A DNA stretch of 64,000 bases, from the NCBI GenBank assembly GCA_038104845.1, contig JAYOBJ010000009.1:1627-65626 (forward strand). Direction: 5' to 3'. Of the stretch, positions 20,241 through 30,681 are shown piece after piece (position 1 is the stretch's first letter; every line of letters starts with the position of its first letter). Source of the DNA: Methanobacteriota archaeon. GTDB taxonomy: Archaea; Thermoplasmatota; Poseidoniia; Poseidoniales; Poseidoniaceae. The notes beneath the pieces were generated by a model, which worked only from the letters and a program-made list of their open reading frames with translations, ran no database searches and was not told the DNA's origin. The position numbers and the translations under genes were made by a program.

Positions 20241-21341
20241 TCAAGGCAGGGCCCGGTCCACGTGACGACCCGCCAATCGACCCGTGAAGGCCGCTGCATC
20301 CGAGAGGTGATGGGGGGAATCCACCCATTCACCGGCCAACAACACGCCTTGTGAAGCCAGCGCATCAAACGTCGGCTTGTCGCCCGATGTCTGCACCGTG
20401 ATGGAACGCTGAAGGCGTTGTTCAACCGTTCGTTCGCGCCACCCAAGCGCGTGGGCATCCATCATCGCCATCAGGCGTTGAGCTCGCTCATCGGTGGTTT
20501 CATCGGCCCGTTCAAAGGCAGCAGCGGAGAGCAAGGACCCTTCGACGCCCATCCGACGTTGGATGCGAGCCAAATCCAGCACCACGCCGTGGCGCTCCAC
20601 ATCGACCACGGCGTGGCGCTCACCCAACGGTTGCGACGTGATCTGGACGTCGAGGGTGCTTGCTTTCAACGGAACAAGGTGCGGCAAGGCATCCTTCATC
20701 ATCGGTTCCAGCAGGGTGCGGGCCCGCCGCCAGCCGCACGCCACCACGATGGCATCGCTCTCGAACCGTCGACCGTCGCTCAGCAGCACCGTGCGGTCCT
20801 CGATGCTCACGACCTCACTGCTCGGTTCGATGAGCACCCCCACTTCATCCAGCGCCGCCGCCATTCGCCCGACAACACCGGCCCAACCCTCGCCGATGGT
20901 GTTCAAGCGTTGCTTGAGCAAGGCACGGGTTCGCTCGTCACTGCCTTCGGGGCACCCCATGCCGCTCAGCAGTCGGGCGGCCTGAACGACCGGTTCATCC
21001 CGACGGTCGGCCCGCAACGCTGAGCGGCGGGCTGCTGCGGTGCGAACGTGGTCGCGCGGCCGGAGCATGCCGGCCCCAGGCACATGGATGCGGTCGATGC
21101 GCAAAGGTGCCGTGACCATCTTCAACCGGCTGATTTTCTTGACCACCTTGGCCAGCGGCCCGTTGTTCAGCATCAGGTGTGGCCCAAATCCAAAGGGGAT
21201 GCCGTTGACCTGTTCGGAGGTGGCTCGGCCGCCCAAACGTGCCGTGCGATCCACCACCACCACCCGATGACCAGCGGTGGTGGCGTACAGGGCAGTCGTG
21301 AGCCCGGCCACGCCAGCGCCGATGACCGTGACACGCGCCAT
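20241..21341 (-). CDS. FAD-dependent oxidoreductase (amine oxidase/phytoene desaturase-like)
   Basis: VIGAGVAGL, LGGRA, FGPH, LLAGEW. Confidence 0.75.
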   Translation of the reverse strand: MARVTVIGAGVAGLTTALYATTAGHRVVVVDRTARLGGRATSEQVNGIPFGFGPHLMLNNGPLAKVVKKISRLKMVTAPLRIDRIHVPGAGMLRPRDHVRTAAARRSALRADRRDEPVVQAARLLSGMGCPEGSDERTRALLKQRLNTIGEGWAGVVGRMAAALDEVGVLIEPSSEVVSIEDRTVLLSDGRRFESDAIVVACGWRRARTLLEPMMKDALPHLVPLKASTLDVQITSQPLGERHAVVDVERHGVVLDLARIQRRMGVEGSLLSAAAFERADETTDERAQRLMAMMDAHALGWRERTVEQRLQRSITVQTSGDKPTFDALASQGVLLAGEWVDSPHHLSDAAAFTGRLAGRHVDRALP

Positions 21342-21417
21342 GAGGGGAACGATGGGTGGCGGGGAAAAAGGGCATCGGAAGCGAGGATTTGAAGTGTGCA
21401 TTCGTCCAGCAGCCTCC

Positions 21418-22362
21418 ATGGCCGACGACCCCGTGTTGCCGCACGACCGTGGCCACCTGTTGTGGACCAAAGAGGACGGAGCAAGTCGAACCCTGCTCTC
21501 CAGCATCAACCGTTGGGTGGAGGCCATGGTGGGTGACGACGGCATCGACATGCCGCTTTCGGCCGAGGGTGAACCGGTCACCGCCACCGTTTTTGCCCGT
21601 GAATCGGGGTTGGTTGTCGGTTGTGCCGCCGTCGATTACATGCTGCAAATTTGGGCGCCGTCCGTGCGCATCACCTGGTTTGCGGGCGATGGAAAACGCG
21701 TGTCCAAGGACGATGAAATCGCTTCCCTCGCCGGCGACAGCGCCAGTTTATTGGCCATTGAACGACCGTTGCTGAACGTGCTCGGACAACTCTCCGGTAT
21801 TGCGACGGCCACGAAAGCCTGGTCGGCGATTGCTCCACGCCAAATCGCGTGCACTCGCAAGACCGTCTGGGGCATGCTCGACAAATGGGCGGTCCACATG
21901 GGCGGTGGGCTGACCCATCGGTTGTCGAAACACGACGCGGTCATGATCAAAGAAAACGACCTCGCCACGCTCCACCCCGAGCACGACGACAACGCTGCCC
22001 GAATCGCCACCTGGCTGCAAACGGTCAATCCAGACGAGGCGGGAGCATTCCTTGAGGTTGAAGTGCGAACCGAGAAAGAGGCGCTGATGGCCGCCATGGT
22101 GTGGTCCAACCGCATGGCCACCGACGGCGTGGGTCGCCTGGTGGTGATGCTCGACAACTTCACGCCTGAACGCTGCAAATCGGTGTCTGAACAGCTCAAG
22201 GAACAAGAGGTCCGCCACGCTGTGGTGCTCGAGGCGAGTGGCGGCATTGTGTTCGATGAACTCGAAAACTGGCGCGAGTGCGGCTTGGACGTGTTGTCGA
22301 CCAGCGCCATCAACCGTGGTGTCAAGCCCTTGGACGTGAGCATGCTCTTCGAACAACGCTGA
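21418..22362 (+). CDS. nadC: Quinolinate phosphoribosyltransferase
   Basis: ER..LN.L..LSGIAT, CTRKT, HR, IKEN, EVEV, VMLDNF, EASGG. Confidence 0.9.
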   Translation: MADDPVLPHDRGHLLWTKEDGASRTLLSSINRWVEAMVGDDGIDMPLSAEGEPVTATVFARESGLVVGCAAVDYMLQIWAPSVRITWFAGDGKRVSKDDEIASLAGDSASLLAIERPLLNVLGQLSGIATATKAWSAIAPRQIACTRKTVWGMLDKWAVHMGGGLTHRLSKHDAVMIKENDLATLHPEHDDNAARIATWLQTVNPDEAGAFLEVEVRTEKEALMAAMVWSNRMATDGVGRLVVMLDNFTPERCKSVSEQLKEQEVRHAVVLEASGGIVFDELENWRECGLDVLSTSAINRGVKPLDVSMLFEQR

Positions 22363-22373
22363 GGGTGGCGCTC

Positions 22374-23123
22374 ATGGTGGACGTCGCTGCGGATCCGAGC
22401 CACCCCCGGTACGCTTCACTCTTGATGCGTCATCGGCTTGAGGATGCGGCGGCCAAAGGCATGCTTGCGGGCAGTGCCATGATCGCTCACGGTCGCGGCG
22501 AAGCGTTCGATTACCTGCTTGGGGAACGCACGGTGCCAGCGGCAGCCCGAGCCACACAACAAGCCCTGGCACTCCTGTTGGCGGCCGAACGCCCGGTGCT
22601 GAGCGTGAACGGCAACGTTGCCGCCCTCGCTGCCGACGAAATGCTCCGGTTGGGGGCCGCTCTGAACTGCCCGGTGGAGGTCAACATTTTCTACAGAACG
22701 GCGGAACGCATGGCGGCCATTTTGGGCCATCTCGAAGCGCGAAAAGCGACGCTCGGCTTGAGCGTGGACGTGCTTGGCCACGCGCCCGATGCCACCATCC
22801 CCGGACTCAAGGGCCCCCGAGCGAACTGCCATCGGGACGGTATTCTGAACAGCGACGCCATCCTCGTTCCGCTTGAGGACGGTGACCGGTGCGAAGCCCT
22901 CGTGGCGATGGGAAAAAACGTGCTCGTCATCGACCTGAATCCGCTTTCACGGTCCGCTCAACAAGCCACTGTGACGATGGTCGATGAACTGTCAAGGGTG
23001 CTGAACAACATGCTGGGCCTTCTGGCCGGTGACGAGCCGCCCGTCGTGGACCCTGCCTACGATCATCGTGCCGTGTTGGACGAGGTGATCCAAACCGTCG
23101 TGGACGGGTTCAGCACCCAGTGA
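22374..23123 (+). CDS. Archaeal phosphopantothenate synthetase
   Basis: HPRY.SL..R, AHGRGEAFDYLLGE, SVNGN, LVPLEDGDR, IDLNPLSR. Confidence 0.93.
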   Translation: MVDVAADPSHPRYASLLMRHRLEDAAAKGMLAGSAMIAHGRGEAFDYLLGERTVPAAARATQQALALLLAAERPVLSVNGNVAALAADEMLRLGAALNCPVEVNIFYRTAERMAAILGHLEARKATLGLSVDVLGHAPDATIPGLKGPRANCHRDGILNSDAILVPLEDGDRCEALVAMGKNVLVIDLNPLSRSAQQATVTMVDELSRVLNNMLGLLAGDEPPVVDPAYDHRAVLDEVIQTVVDGFSTQ

Positions 23124-23133
23124 TCCGGTGAAA

Positions 23134-24318
23134 TCAGAACTCTTCGCTCAATTTGGTGGCCAGTCGGGCAGCGATGCCTTCGCCGACGGCTGAGCAAGAG
23201 GTGGTGCCGCCCAGATCGTAGGTCAATTCGGTGCCCGAGCGCAAGTGGTCAGCGACGCTTTCGTCGATCATTCGGCCAACCTTCACAAGCTCGTCGTCGC
23301 CGGTCTTGCGGCCGAGGTAATCCATCATCATCTGGATGGAGTTGATCGAGGCGATGGGGTTGACCTTGTTTTGGCCAGCGTGCTTGGGCGCCGAGCCGTG
23401 AACGGGCTCAAAGAACGCGTGGTCGTCACCGATGTTGCCCGAAGCGGCCATGCCCATGCCGCCTTGAAGCACGGCGCCAAGGTCGGTGGAGATGTCACCG
23501 AACATGTTGGAGGTCACGACGACGTCGTAATGCTCCGGGTTTCGCGTCAACCATTGCATGAAGGCGTCAATGTACCCGTAGTCCTTCTCGGTACCCGGGT
23601 AGTTCGCAGCGACCTCGTCAAACGTCCGTCGGAACAGCTGGCAGCCGCGGGTGACGTTGGATTTGTCGATGCACGACACGCGCCGTACGCCGTCGGCCGG
23701 TGCGCCGTTGCGCGTTTCAGCGATATCAAAACCCATGCGAATCAGGCGCTCGGATCCGGCTTTGGAGATGGGGCGAGGGTCGTAGGCCACTTCACCGTCC
23801 AGGCCGGGGAAGGACATGGCTTCCGGTTCGTACTCCGGGCGGCCCTGTGCGCGATCGGCACTGCGTCGCAAGAGTGCATGGTAGAGGCCTTCGGTGTTTT
23901 CTCGGAGGATGGTCATGTCGACCATACCGGGTTCCCAAATTTGACGGAACCCGCCGTGGACTTTGTGGGGCACGCCCTCGTAGAGTTTGATCGGGCGCAC
24001 GTTGGCGTACAGGTCCAGACCGCTGCGAAGACCGAGAATCACCGAGCCTCCGGCAAGATCACCGTTGGGCAAGCGTGCGCCAGGGTGGCCGATGGCCCCG
24101 AGGAAGATGGCGTCGGTTTCATCGCGACAGAACTCAAACGACCCTTCGGCCCATTCTTCGCCGGTGTTGAGGTAGTGTTCGCCGCCGCACGGAATCACGG
24201 TTTGTTCGAACCCGTGGTTGGTGTGGTTCTGGATGGTGTCCAGAATGCGTTGGGCTTCAACAGCCACTTCCTTTCCTGTTCCGTCGCCGGGCAGAATCGT
24301 GATGCGGTGGTCACCCAT
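23134..24318 (-). CDS. Isocitrate/isopropylmalate (beta-decarboxylating) dehydrogenase family
   Basis: LPGDGTGKEV, LR..LDLYANVRP, RENTEGLY, DKSNV, NMFGDI..D, FEPVHGSAP. Confidence 0.92.
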   Translation of the reverse strand: MGDHRITILPGDGTGKEVAVEAQRILDTIQNHTNHGFEQTVIPCGGEHYLNTGEEWAEGSFEFCRDETDAIFLGAIGHPGARLPNGDLAGGSVILGLRSGLDLYANVRPIKLYEGVPHKVHGGFRQIWEPGMVDMTILRENTEGLYHALLRRSADRAQGRPEYEPEAMSFPGLDGEVAYDPRPISKAGSERLIRMGFDIAETRNGAPADGVRRVSCIDKSNVTRGCQLFRRTFDEVAANYPGTEKDYGYIDAFMQWLTRNPEHYDVVVTSNMFGDISTDLGAVLQGGMGMAASGNIGDDHAFFEPVHGSAPKHAGQNKVNPIASINSIQMMMDYLGRKTGDDELVKVGRMIDESVADHLRSGTELTYDLGGTTSCSAVGEGIAARLATKLSEEF

Positions 24319-24484
24319 GGAGCCTCGCACCGGTCACCTTTACTTGAACGCGACCCCATGGACGGTTTTCACCACCGCCCGGCGCCGTCCAACGCTGGCT
24401 TGGGCCGAAGATGAAGGAAAACCAACGCCAATCAACCCGAACCACAACACGGTCACGGGATGCTTCATAGGCTGTCACACCGGC

Positions 24485-25132
24485 ATGGACCCCATGGGCG
24501 ACGAGCGTCAACATCGGCAAGAACGGCGCGTGTCGGTGGAAGACATGCCCGAGGAAGTTCAGCGGTTCGCCGACACGATGCTCGGCCTGGACCCGACATG
24601 GACCATTGAGGCGTGGCTGGTCGAGCAAGCGACCATGTCGATGGACCTCTTGGCCGCCGATTTGTTGCGAGAGAAAGTGATGATCGACCAACGGCTTGCC
24701 AGGTTGGAACAGCTGGGTCGCCGGTTGGACGTTGATGACACCACCGTTCGCGACGACCCCTACCAACGGAACCTGTTCGATTGCTTTGACCTGAACGAAG
24801 CCCACCCGCTGCGCGGTTTGGGGGAGCGTGCGCTCAACGAACCGCCTGCAGAGGCGGAACCGTCGCCCCACCCGTCAAGTGTGTTCCTCGATCTGTTGCC
24901 GCACGACAACACCGACGATCCACTGCTGGCCATTGCAGCGCAATCCATCCTCATGGGCATTGAACATGAAATGGGGGTCGGGGATGGCGTGGCCACGCTT
25001 GAAGCCATCTTCGAACAAGCACGTCGCATCGGCATTGAAGATGAAGAAACCGACGAAGCGCTCAACCACCTGCTGATGCTTGGAGCCGTCATCGAAGTGG
25101 ACGACGACTGCTTTGTTGCCGTCGAACCATGA
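24485..25132 (+). CDS. Hypothetical protein, acidic, with coiled coil and possible C-terminal winged helix
   Basis: Coherent ORF; C-terminal EALNHLLMLGAVIEV. Confidence 0.7.
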   Translation: MDPMGDERQHRQERRVSVEDMPEEVQRFADTMLGLDPTWTIEAWLVEQATMSMDLLAADLLREKVMIDQRLARLEQLGRRLDVDDTTVRDDPYQRNLFDCFDLNEAHPLRGLGERALNEPPAEAEPSPHPSSVFLDLLPHDNTDDPLLAIAAQSILMGIEHEMGVGDGVATLEAIFEQARRIGIEDEETDEALNHLLMLGAVIEVDDDCFVAVEP

Positions 25133-25189
25133 TGGGGCCCCACGGCAATCCCAAACCGCGTTGATATCCTGCGAGGTGGAAGGATCGGC

Positions 25190-25801
25190 ATGGGCCTTCT
25201 GCGAGCGCTATCAACCGGCGTCCTGACCTACGTCTTCTCAACCCTCATGCTCGTGCAGCCACCGCTCGCGGTCGCCTTTGGCGTGGGGGTGGCGTTTCTC
25301 ACTGAATCGGCTCACCACCGTCACGACATGAACAACGCCCGGCACGAACAGCGTCACCTCAACCGCTCGCTGAACGAAGCCAAGGCCCACATTGAGGAGA
25401 TGCAACGCATGCTGACCCGTCGGAGGGTGGAACTCAACACAGCGAGGGAGGAGTTGGCCCGCCGAGACGCCATCGGCAGCCCTGCTGCGCGTGAGCTCCT
25501 CAAACGGCAGGACGAAGCCATCAACGCCGCCACGCAGGCGTTGGAATCCAAACAGGATCAGAACAACATCGTTCTCGAAAGCATGCAGCGACTCTTAGCG
25601 GCCCAAGTGGAACAAACCGCCAGCATGCAGCACGCGTTGAAGGACGTCGTTGGGCATTTGATGCAGCATCCTCGCCAGCAATGGACCATGCACGACAGCG
25701 TGATGGTCAACGAACACGGGGTCCCTCCAGCACCCAACCTTGCATCGTTGCTCGCTGGTTCCGGACATGAAGAGCAACGGTCAAGCCCAACGGAATCTTG
25801 A
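25190..25801 (+). CDS. Membrane-anchored coiled-coil hypothetical protein
   Basis: N-terminal hydrophobic segments then heptad-rich helix. Confidence 0.7.
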   Translation: MGLLRALSTGVLTYVFSTLMLVQPPLAVAFGVGVAFLTESAHHRHDMNNARHEQRHLNRSLNEAKAHIEEMQRMLTRRRVELNTAREELARRDAIGSPAARELLKRQDEAINAATQALESKQDQNNIVLESMQRLLAAQVEQTASMQHALKDVVGHLMQHPRQQWTMHDSVMVNEHGVPPAPNLASLLAGSGHEEQRSSPTES

Positions 25802-25826
25802 GAAGGGTTCGTTCCCTCAACCAACC

Positions 25827-26144
25827 ATGGCCACGGGAACCAAGCGGGAAGGAGCGCAGCGGGTGTTGGACGCTCACCGTTCACGAACCAACCTCCAGCG
25901 GCGAGTGATCATCGGAGCGGCGGGGGCGGTGGCCATCTCGGGCGGCATCCTTGCCTTAACCCGGTGGGAGTTCGGCCTCGCCGCCCTGTTGATGTTCGGT
26001 TTGTTGCTGCAATTCGCTCACGAACGGATGTCCACCATTCTGGACGCCCATCATCTCAACGGCCTCAAAACCCTGGGATGGGACCCTGAAACCAACCTCG
26101 ATGAAGCCACCGTGACGAGGTTGGAGGCCATCGTTCAACGATGA
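25827..26144 (+). CDS. Small two-TM hypothetical protein
   Basis: Two hydrophobic helices; operon-like spacing. Confidence 0.65.
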   Translation: MATGTKREGAQRVLDAHRSRTNLQRRVIIGAAGAVAISGGILALTRWEFGLAALLMFGLLLQFAHERMSTILDAHHLNGLKTLGWDPETNLDEATVTRLEAIVQR

Positions 26145-26156
26145 GGGAGAAGACCC

Positions 26157-26876
26157 ATGACCGCGGATTCATCGGTGCTCTTGCAGCAATTCTTCCATCG
26201 GGAAGCACGGGCAACTCGGGCGATTCAACGACTGGCCTGGTGTGCCGTGGCGCTGCTGGTGGGGCTCAACCTGGGTGTGGCCACCGGGCGTTTGACCTTG
26301 AGCACCTACGGTGCGAGCACCGTGCTCGCTGCAACAGCCGTTGGTGGTTTGACGGTGAATCTGCGGCATCGGCAACATCGACTCGACGAGCGTTTGGCGG
26401 CGCTGCTGGATCGCATCGACCTCGATTGGTCCGCCTTGGACGAGCTACCGCTCAACGATGTTGAACGCGAGGCGGTGCATCAGGCCTTCACCCGTCAATT
26501 TCACTCCGGAGCCAGCTCAAACGAAACGCACCTCCGAACCCGAGGCACCGACCAGAAAGGGCCCGCTTTTGGGGGGCGCGAGGCCAGCATCGATGCCAGC
26601 AACGAGCGTGTCGATCCTGCTCTCCACGAAGCGGATTACGACGGTTTGGAGGATGAACTGCGCGTCGCTGAACGCTTGATGGAAGAGGCCGAGGAACGCT
26701 ACACGGCCGAAGCACAGCGGCAGTGGGCCATCGCTGAAGCTCGCGACATGGACAACATCGAAGCAGGCGTTCAACGACTGGGTGACTTGGTGGCCAGCGG
26801 TTGGTTCGAACGCAACGCCAAGGACGGCGCCATGGCCGAGTTGATGGAAGACCACGATTCTCAAGCCCAACCTTGA
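26157..26876 (+). CDS. Two-TM hypothetical protein with acidic C-terminal helices
   Basis: GAGGAG SD-like upstream; TM pair then soluble domain. Confidence 0.7.
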   Translation: MTADSSVLLQQFFHREARATRAIQRLAWCAVALLVGLNLGVATGRLTLSTYGASTVLAATAVGGLTVNLRHRQHRLDERLAALLDRIDLDWSALDELPLNDVEREAVHQAFTRQFHSGASSNETHLRTRGTDQKGPAFGGREASIDASNERVDPALHEADYDGLEDELRVAERLMEEAEERYTAEAQRQWAIAEARDMDNIEAGVQRLGDLVASGWFERNAKDGAMAELMEDHDSQAQP

Positions 26877-26911
26877 GGCATGTTCAAAATCGTAGCCGTC
26901 CTCCACGAACC

Positions 26912-27670
26912 ATGGAACTCAAGGCCATCCTTGTTGCCGGTGGCCACGGTTCTCGATTGCGACCGTTCACACGGTACATGCAGAAGACCATGCTGCCGCT
27001 GCACGAACGTCCAGTGATCGATTACGCATTGGGCACGATTCGCAGGGCCGGTATTCGCGACATCACGATCGTCTCCAACGCCTTCATCGGGCAAATCAGC
27101 AACCACCTTGGTGGTGGACTGGAGGGAGAACGCTTGCATTACGTCATCGAAGAAGAACCGCAAGGCGTGGCGCATGCCCTGTCGTTGGCCCGTCCATACA
27201 ACGAAAACGCCCGGCTGCTGATCTATTTCTCCGACAACATCACCACCCTCGAACTGGCCGGGATCGCTGAGAACTTCAGAAACGCTGAGCATCCGCCCGG
27301 CTGCGTCCTCCTGGCTCGAGAGGAACAGCGTCCGGAGGCGTTCGGGGTTGGTGTCTTGGACGACGACGGCATCTTGATTGACATCGTGGAGAAACCCGAG
27401 AACCCACCCTCGAACCTCGCCATTGGTGGAATTTACCTGTTCGATGAACGCTTCTGGGACCGATTGGACGCCGCTGCGGCTGAACACGGCGACCGCTTCT
27501 CAATCTCCGACATCAACCGCATGTACGTGCAGGAACGAAGCGCTGAGTTGGTGACGGTGGGCGAGGAAACCTGGGTGGATTGTGGAACGCCTGATGCGTT
27601 GCTTCAAGCCTCGATCATGGCGAAAGACGGAAAATTGAATCCGCATCCGTTTAGAGAACGCAAGGGGTGA
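26912..27670 (+). CDS. Sugar-1-phosphate nucleotidyltransferase (RmlA-like)
   Basis: [15 protein letters not shown]...K.MLP, IVEKP, WVDCGT. Confidence 0.9.
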   Translation: MELKAILVAGGHGSRLRPFTRYMQKTMLPLHERPVIDYALGTIRRAGIRDITIVSNAFIGQISNHLGGGLEGERLHYVIEEEPQGVAHALSLARPYNENARLLIYFSDNITTLELAGIAENFRNAEHPPGCVLLAREEQRPEAFGVGVLDDDGILIDIVEKPENPPSNLAIGGIYLFDERFWDRLDAAAAEHGDRFSISDINRMYVQERSAELVTVGEETWVDCGTPDALLQASIMAKDGKLNPHPFRERKG

Positions 27671-27674
27671 TGGC

Positions 27675-28499
27675 ATGGAGATCGGAATCATCGGAGCGGG
27701 TATGGTCGGCGGCGCCATCGAGCATTGTTTTGCACATGCCCACACCCTGCACGTGCACGACCCTGCTCGGGGGACATCGTTGTCGGACGTGACCGATCAC
27801 GTTGACTTCGCCTACATTGCCGTCCCCACACCGCCTCACCCCGAGACCGGTGCCTGCGACACATCGATCGTCGAAGGCATCCTCGACGAGCTCCCCGACG
27901 GGTTCACAGCAGTCATCAAAAGCACGGTGGTACCGGGAACCACCCAGGCATACCACGAGCGCTACCCAAACCTGAAGATCGCCTATTCACCAGAATTCTT
28001 GGTCGAACGGCAGCGGCTTGAGGATTTTGCGAACCAAGACATCTTGGTGGTCGGAACGCATCACAGCGACGTGGCAGAACGGGTGTTTCAACAACACCGG
28101 GAAGCCGGTGTCCTGCGTCGTGAGCAGGTGTTCCAAGTCACACCAACCCAAGCCGAGTTGGTCAAGTACACCAAGAACACGTTTTATGCCCTCAAGGTCA
28201 CGTTCGCCAACCAACTCTACGACATTTGTGAGGGGTTGGGCGAAGACTGGTACACCATTCGCGACATCATCACAGCCGAGCAGGCTCAACCCATCGGACC
28301 CTCCCATCTGGACCCCATCTTCGGTCTGCGTCGCGGCTTCGGAGGAAAATGCCTACCCAAGGACAGTTTGGCCCTTGGCGTGCTGGCAGCCTCCCTTGGC
28401 GTCAAGTACGACATCATGGATGCGATGCAGCAGGACAACGAGCGTCTCCGGGCGTTGCTCACGGGCAAACCCAGCGATGTGGTGACCAATGACGACTGA
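27675..28499 (+). CDS. UDP-glucose/GDP-mannose dehydrogenase family, short form
   Basis: [39 protein letters not shown]. Confidence 0.88.
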   Translation: MEIGIIGAGMVGGAIEHCFAHAHTLHVHDPARGTSLSDVTDHVDFAYIAVPTPPHPETGACDTSIVEGILDELPDGFTAVIKSTVVPGTTQAYHERYPNLKIAYSPEFLVERQRLEDFANQDILVVGTHHSDVAERVFQQHREAGVLRREQVFQVTPTQAELVKYTKNTFYALKVTFANQLYDICEGLGEDWYTIRDIITAEQAQPIGPSHLDPIFGLRRGFGGKCLPKDSLALGVLAASLGVKYDIMDAMQQDNERLRALLTGKPSDVVTNDD

Positions 28500-28932
28500 A
28501 CCTGACCGATTCGCTTGGCTTGAGCCCTATGCGCCACGCGGTTCCATCCTCCGGTTCGGCCTCGCTGGTGGTTTCAACACCACCGTGTTTTTTGTCATGT
28601 GGGAGACACTGATGCTGTTCTTCACCACCGCCGATGTGCGGGTGCTGTGGGGGTTGGCGTGGGGTTGCACGGGCATTTTGGCTCACTTTGTTCATCGTGC
28701 CTTCACCTTCGACAAGCGTCGTCCCGTGAAGGTCACCTTGCCAACCTCGATCCCGGTGTACATCACCAGTTTGATCGGATCCAGCCTCACCATTGGATGG
28801 TTGGCAGAGCAAGCGCCCGATTGGTTGCGGGTGCTGGGCGTCGTGAACACCCTTGCTTGGGGCTTGCTCATTTGGGCCACCATGCGCGTGGTGGTGTTTC
28901 GGTTCACCCCAGAAGTCCCTCACAACGCATGA
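28489..28932 (+). CDS. GtrA family membrane protein
   Basis: [17 protein letters not shown], four TM helices, VVFR end. Confidence 0.8.
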   Translation: MTTEPDRFAWLEPYAPRGSILRFGLAGGFNTTVFFVMWETLMLFFTTADVRVLWGLAWGCTGILAHFVHRAFTFDKRRPVKVTLPTSIPVYITSLIGSSLTIGWLAEQAPDWLRVLGVVNTLAWGLLIWATMRVVVFRFTPEVPHNA

Positions 28933-29282
28933 GTCTCGAGCACCTCGAGCGGGATGACATCCAAGGCACGTTGGTGGGTGGCTTCCAAATCGACCGGGCA
29001 GGCCTGACCGGCGTTCACCGCCTGAAGCCATGTGCCGGCACACACGCACCATTTGTCGCCGGGCTTGAGGCCGGGAAAGCGGAACTGCGGGGCGGGGGTC
29101 ACCAAATCGTTGCCCATGGAGCGAGCGAAACTGAGGAAGGCGTCGTTGACCACGCAGCACACCGTGTGCGACCCGCGATCGTGTTCATCTGTGTTGCAGC
29201 ACCCGTCACGGTACCAGCCCGTCATCGGGTCGGTGGAGCAGGTGTCCAAGGGCCCGCCCAGCACATTGTGTGGTTTGTCCAT
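28920..29282 (-). CDS. DUF2237 family protein
   Basis: NVLG..L..CS.DP.TGWYRDGCC, GNDL.TP, FPGLKPGDKWCVCA. Confidence 0.9.
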   Translation of the reverse strand: MDKPHNVLGGPLDTCSTDPMTGWYRDGCCNTDEHDRGSHTVCCVVNDAFLSFARSMGNDLVTPAPQFRFPGLKPGDKWCVCAGTWLQAVNAGQACPVDLEATHQRALDVIPLEVLETHAL

Positions 29283-29321
29283 GCTGAACACTCCGTCCCT
29301 TTGGGCTTTGAAGCCTTGTCC

Positions 29322-29657
29322 TCAACGGCCCTTTCCCAGTCCCCCGAACCAACGTTGCAGCAGCGAAGGTTTCGGCAGAGGCGCAGCTCTGCCAAGCAAC
29401 ACATCGACGTTGCCTTGCCGTTCCTGCACCAACAAATCATCGAACCCACCCACATGCGTTTCGCCGATGAAGATCTGCGGTACGCTACGAGCACCGCCCG
29501 TGGCGAGGGCAAAGGCTCGCTGAATGGTGGGGTCGCTCTTCAACCGGCGTTCGGTGAACACGGCTTGCTTCCGTTCGAAAAACTGCTTGGCTTTCACGCA
29601 CGCCGGGCAACCCCGGTTGGTCCAGATGACCACCGGTGCATCGTCGTGGCGGGTCAT
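29322..29657 (-). CDS. Glutaredoxin (Grx3-like)
   Basis: CPAC, SVPQIFI, GGFDDL. Confidence 0.88.
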   Translation of the reverse strand: MTRHDDAPVVIWTNRGCPACVKAKQFFERKQAVFTERRLKSDPTIQRAFALATGGARSVPQIFIGETHVGGFDDLLVQERQGNVDVLLGRAAPLPKPSLLQRWFGGLGKGR

Positions 29658-29749
29658 GACCTTCGCTCATCGCTCAAGCACTTGAAAATTCAGCAACGAT
29701 GATGAGCCCCAGCGCTGGGTTCATTGGGAAGGAGCGCGCACATCGCTCC

Positions 29750-30181
29750 ATGCTGCCCGACACCGTGCACAAACTCCCCCGAGAGGAACGCTTTGCCTAC
29801 GCCCGCTTGTTGGCATACATGGCTCGGATCGACAACGAACTGACGGTGGACGAAATGGCGATGTTTGAACAGCGGTTGGGCACTGCGCTGCTGTCCCCCA
29901 ACCAGCGGGACATGATTCGTGCTTCACTGAAGAATCCGCCCACGCTCGAGGAATGCTTGCAGGATCTTTCCGGTGAGGCAGGCCGACTGGCGCTTCGAGA
30001 TGCCGTCATGATGGCCGCAGCCGACGGCAACGTGGACGAAGAAGAACAGGACGCGTTGGAGGACATCGCTGAACACCTGGGCCTCAAGGAAGATGCCGTT
30101 GCGCAGTTGCTTCAATGGACCGTGAAGGGGTACAAGTGGATGAAGGAAGGGTACCAACTGCTCGAATCCCTTGAGGAATGA
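29750..30181 (+). CDS. TerB-like domain protein
   Basis: MARIDNELTVDE and MAAADGNVDEEE double motif. Confidence 0.75.
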   Translation: MLPDTVHKLPREERFAYARLLAYMARIDNELTVDEMAMFEQRLGTALLSPNQRDMIRASLKNPPTLEECLQDLSGEAGRLALRDAVMMAAADGNVDEEEQDALEDIAEHLGLKEDAVAQLLQWTVKGYKWMKEGYQLLESLEE

Positions 30182-30187
30182 AGCGGT

Positions 30188-30610
30188 ATGTTTCCCGACG
30201 AACTGGACCACCTGTCGACCCACGAGTTGCAACGTTACGCCGAAATCCTCGTCTACATCGCCGCCGCAGATGGAGAATTGGTGCGCGAAGAAATCGCTGC
30301 CATTGAATCCATGATGGGCCGAGCGATGATCCATCCTGAAACACGCGTCAGCCTTCGTCACGGCTTTGAAACCCCGGTCCCGCTGGAGCAATCCCTCACC
30401 AACCTTGACGTGAAGTTGGCCAAGGTCGCGCTGCGCGATGCTGCGCTGGTGGCTGCCATTGACGGGGCGTACGACAAACGGGAAATCGAAGCCCTCCGTG
30501 CCCTGGCCGACGCCGCCCAAGTGAGCGAAACGGCGTTGAAAGCCCTCTTGGATTGGGTGGTGGCGGGCTGGGCATGGCACAATGAAGCCGCCAAAATCCT
30601 CGGGAAATAG
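30188..30610 (+). CDS. TerB-like domain protein (paralogue of the upstream gene)
   Basis: IAAADGELVREE and VAAIDGAYDKRE double motif. Confidence 0.75.
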   Translation: MFPDELDHLSTHELQRYAEILVYIAAADGELVREEIAAIESMMGRAMIHPETRVSLRHGFETPVPLEQSLTNLDVKLAKVALRDAALVAAIDGAYDKREIEALRALADAAQVSETALKALLDWVVAGWAWHNEAAKILGK

Positions 30611-30681
30611 GCCCAAAAGGAGCCTTGCGTCAAGGGGCACCTTCAAAGATAGAAAGCCGTCCCGCTGGGTTGGGTGGGACA

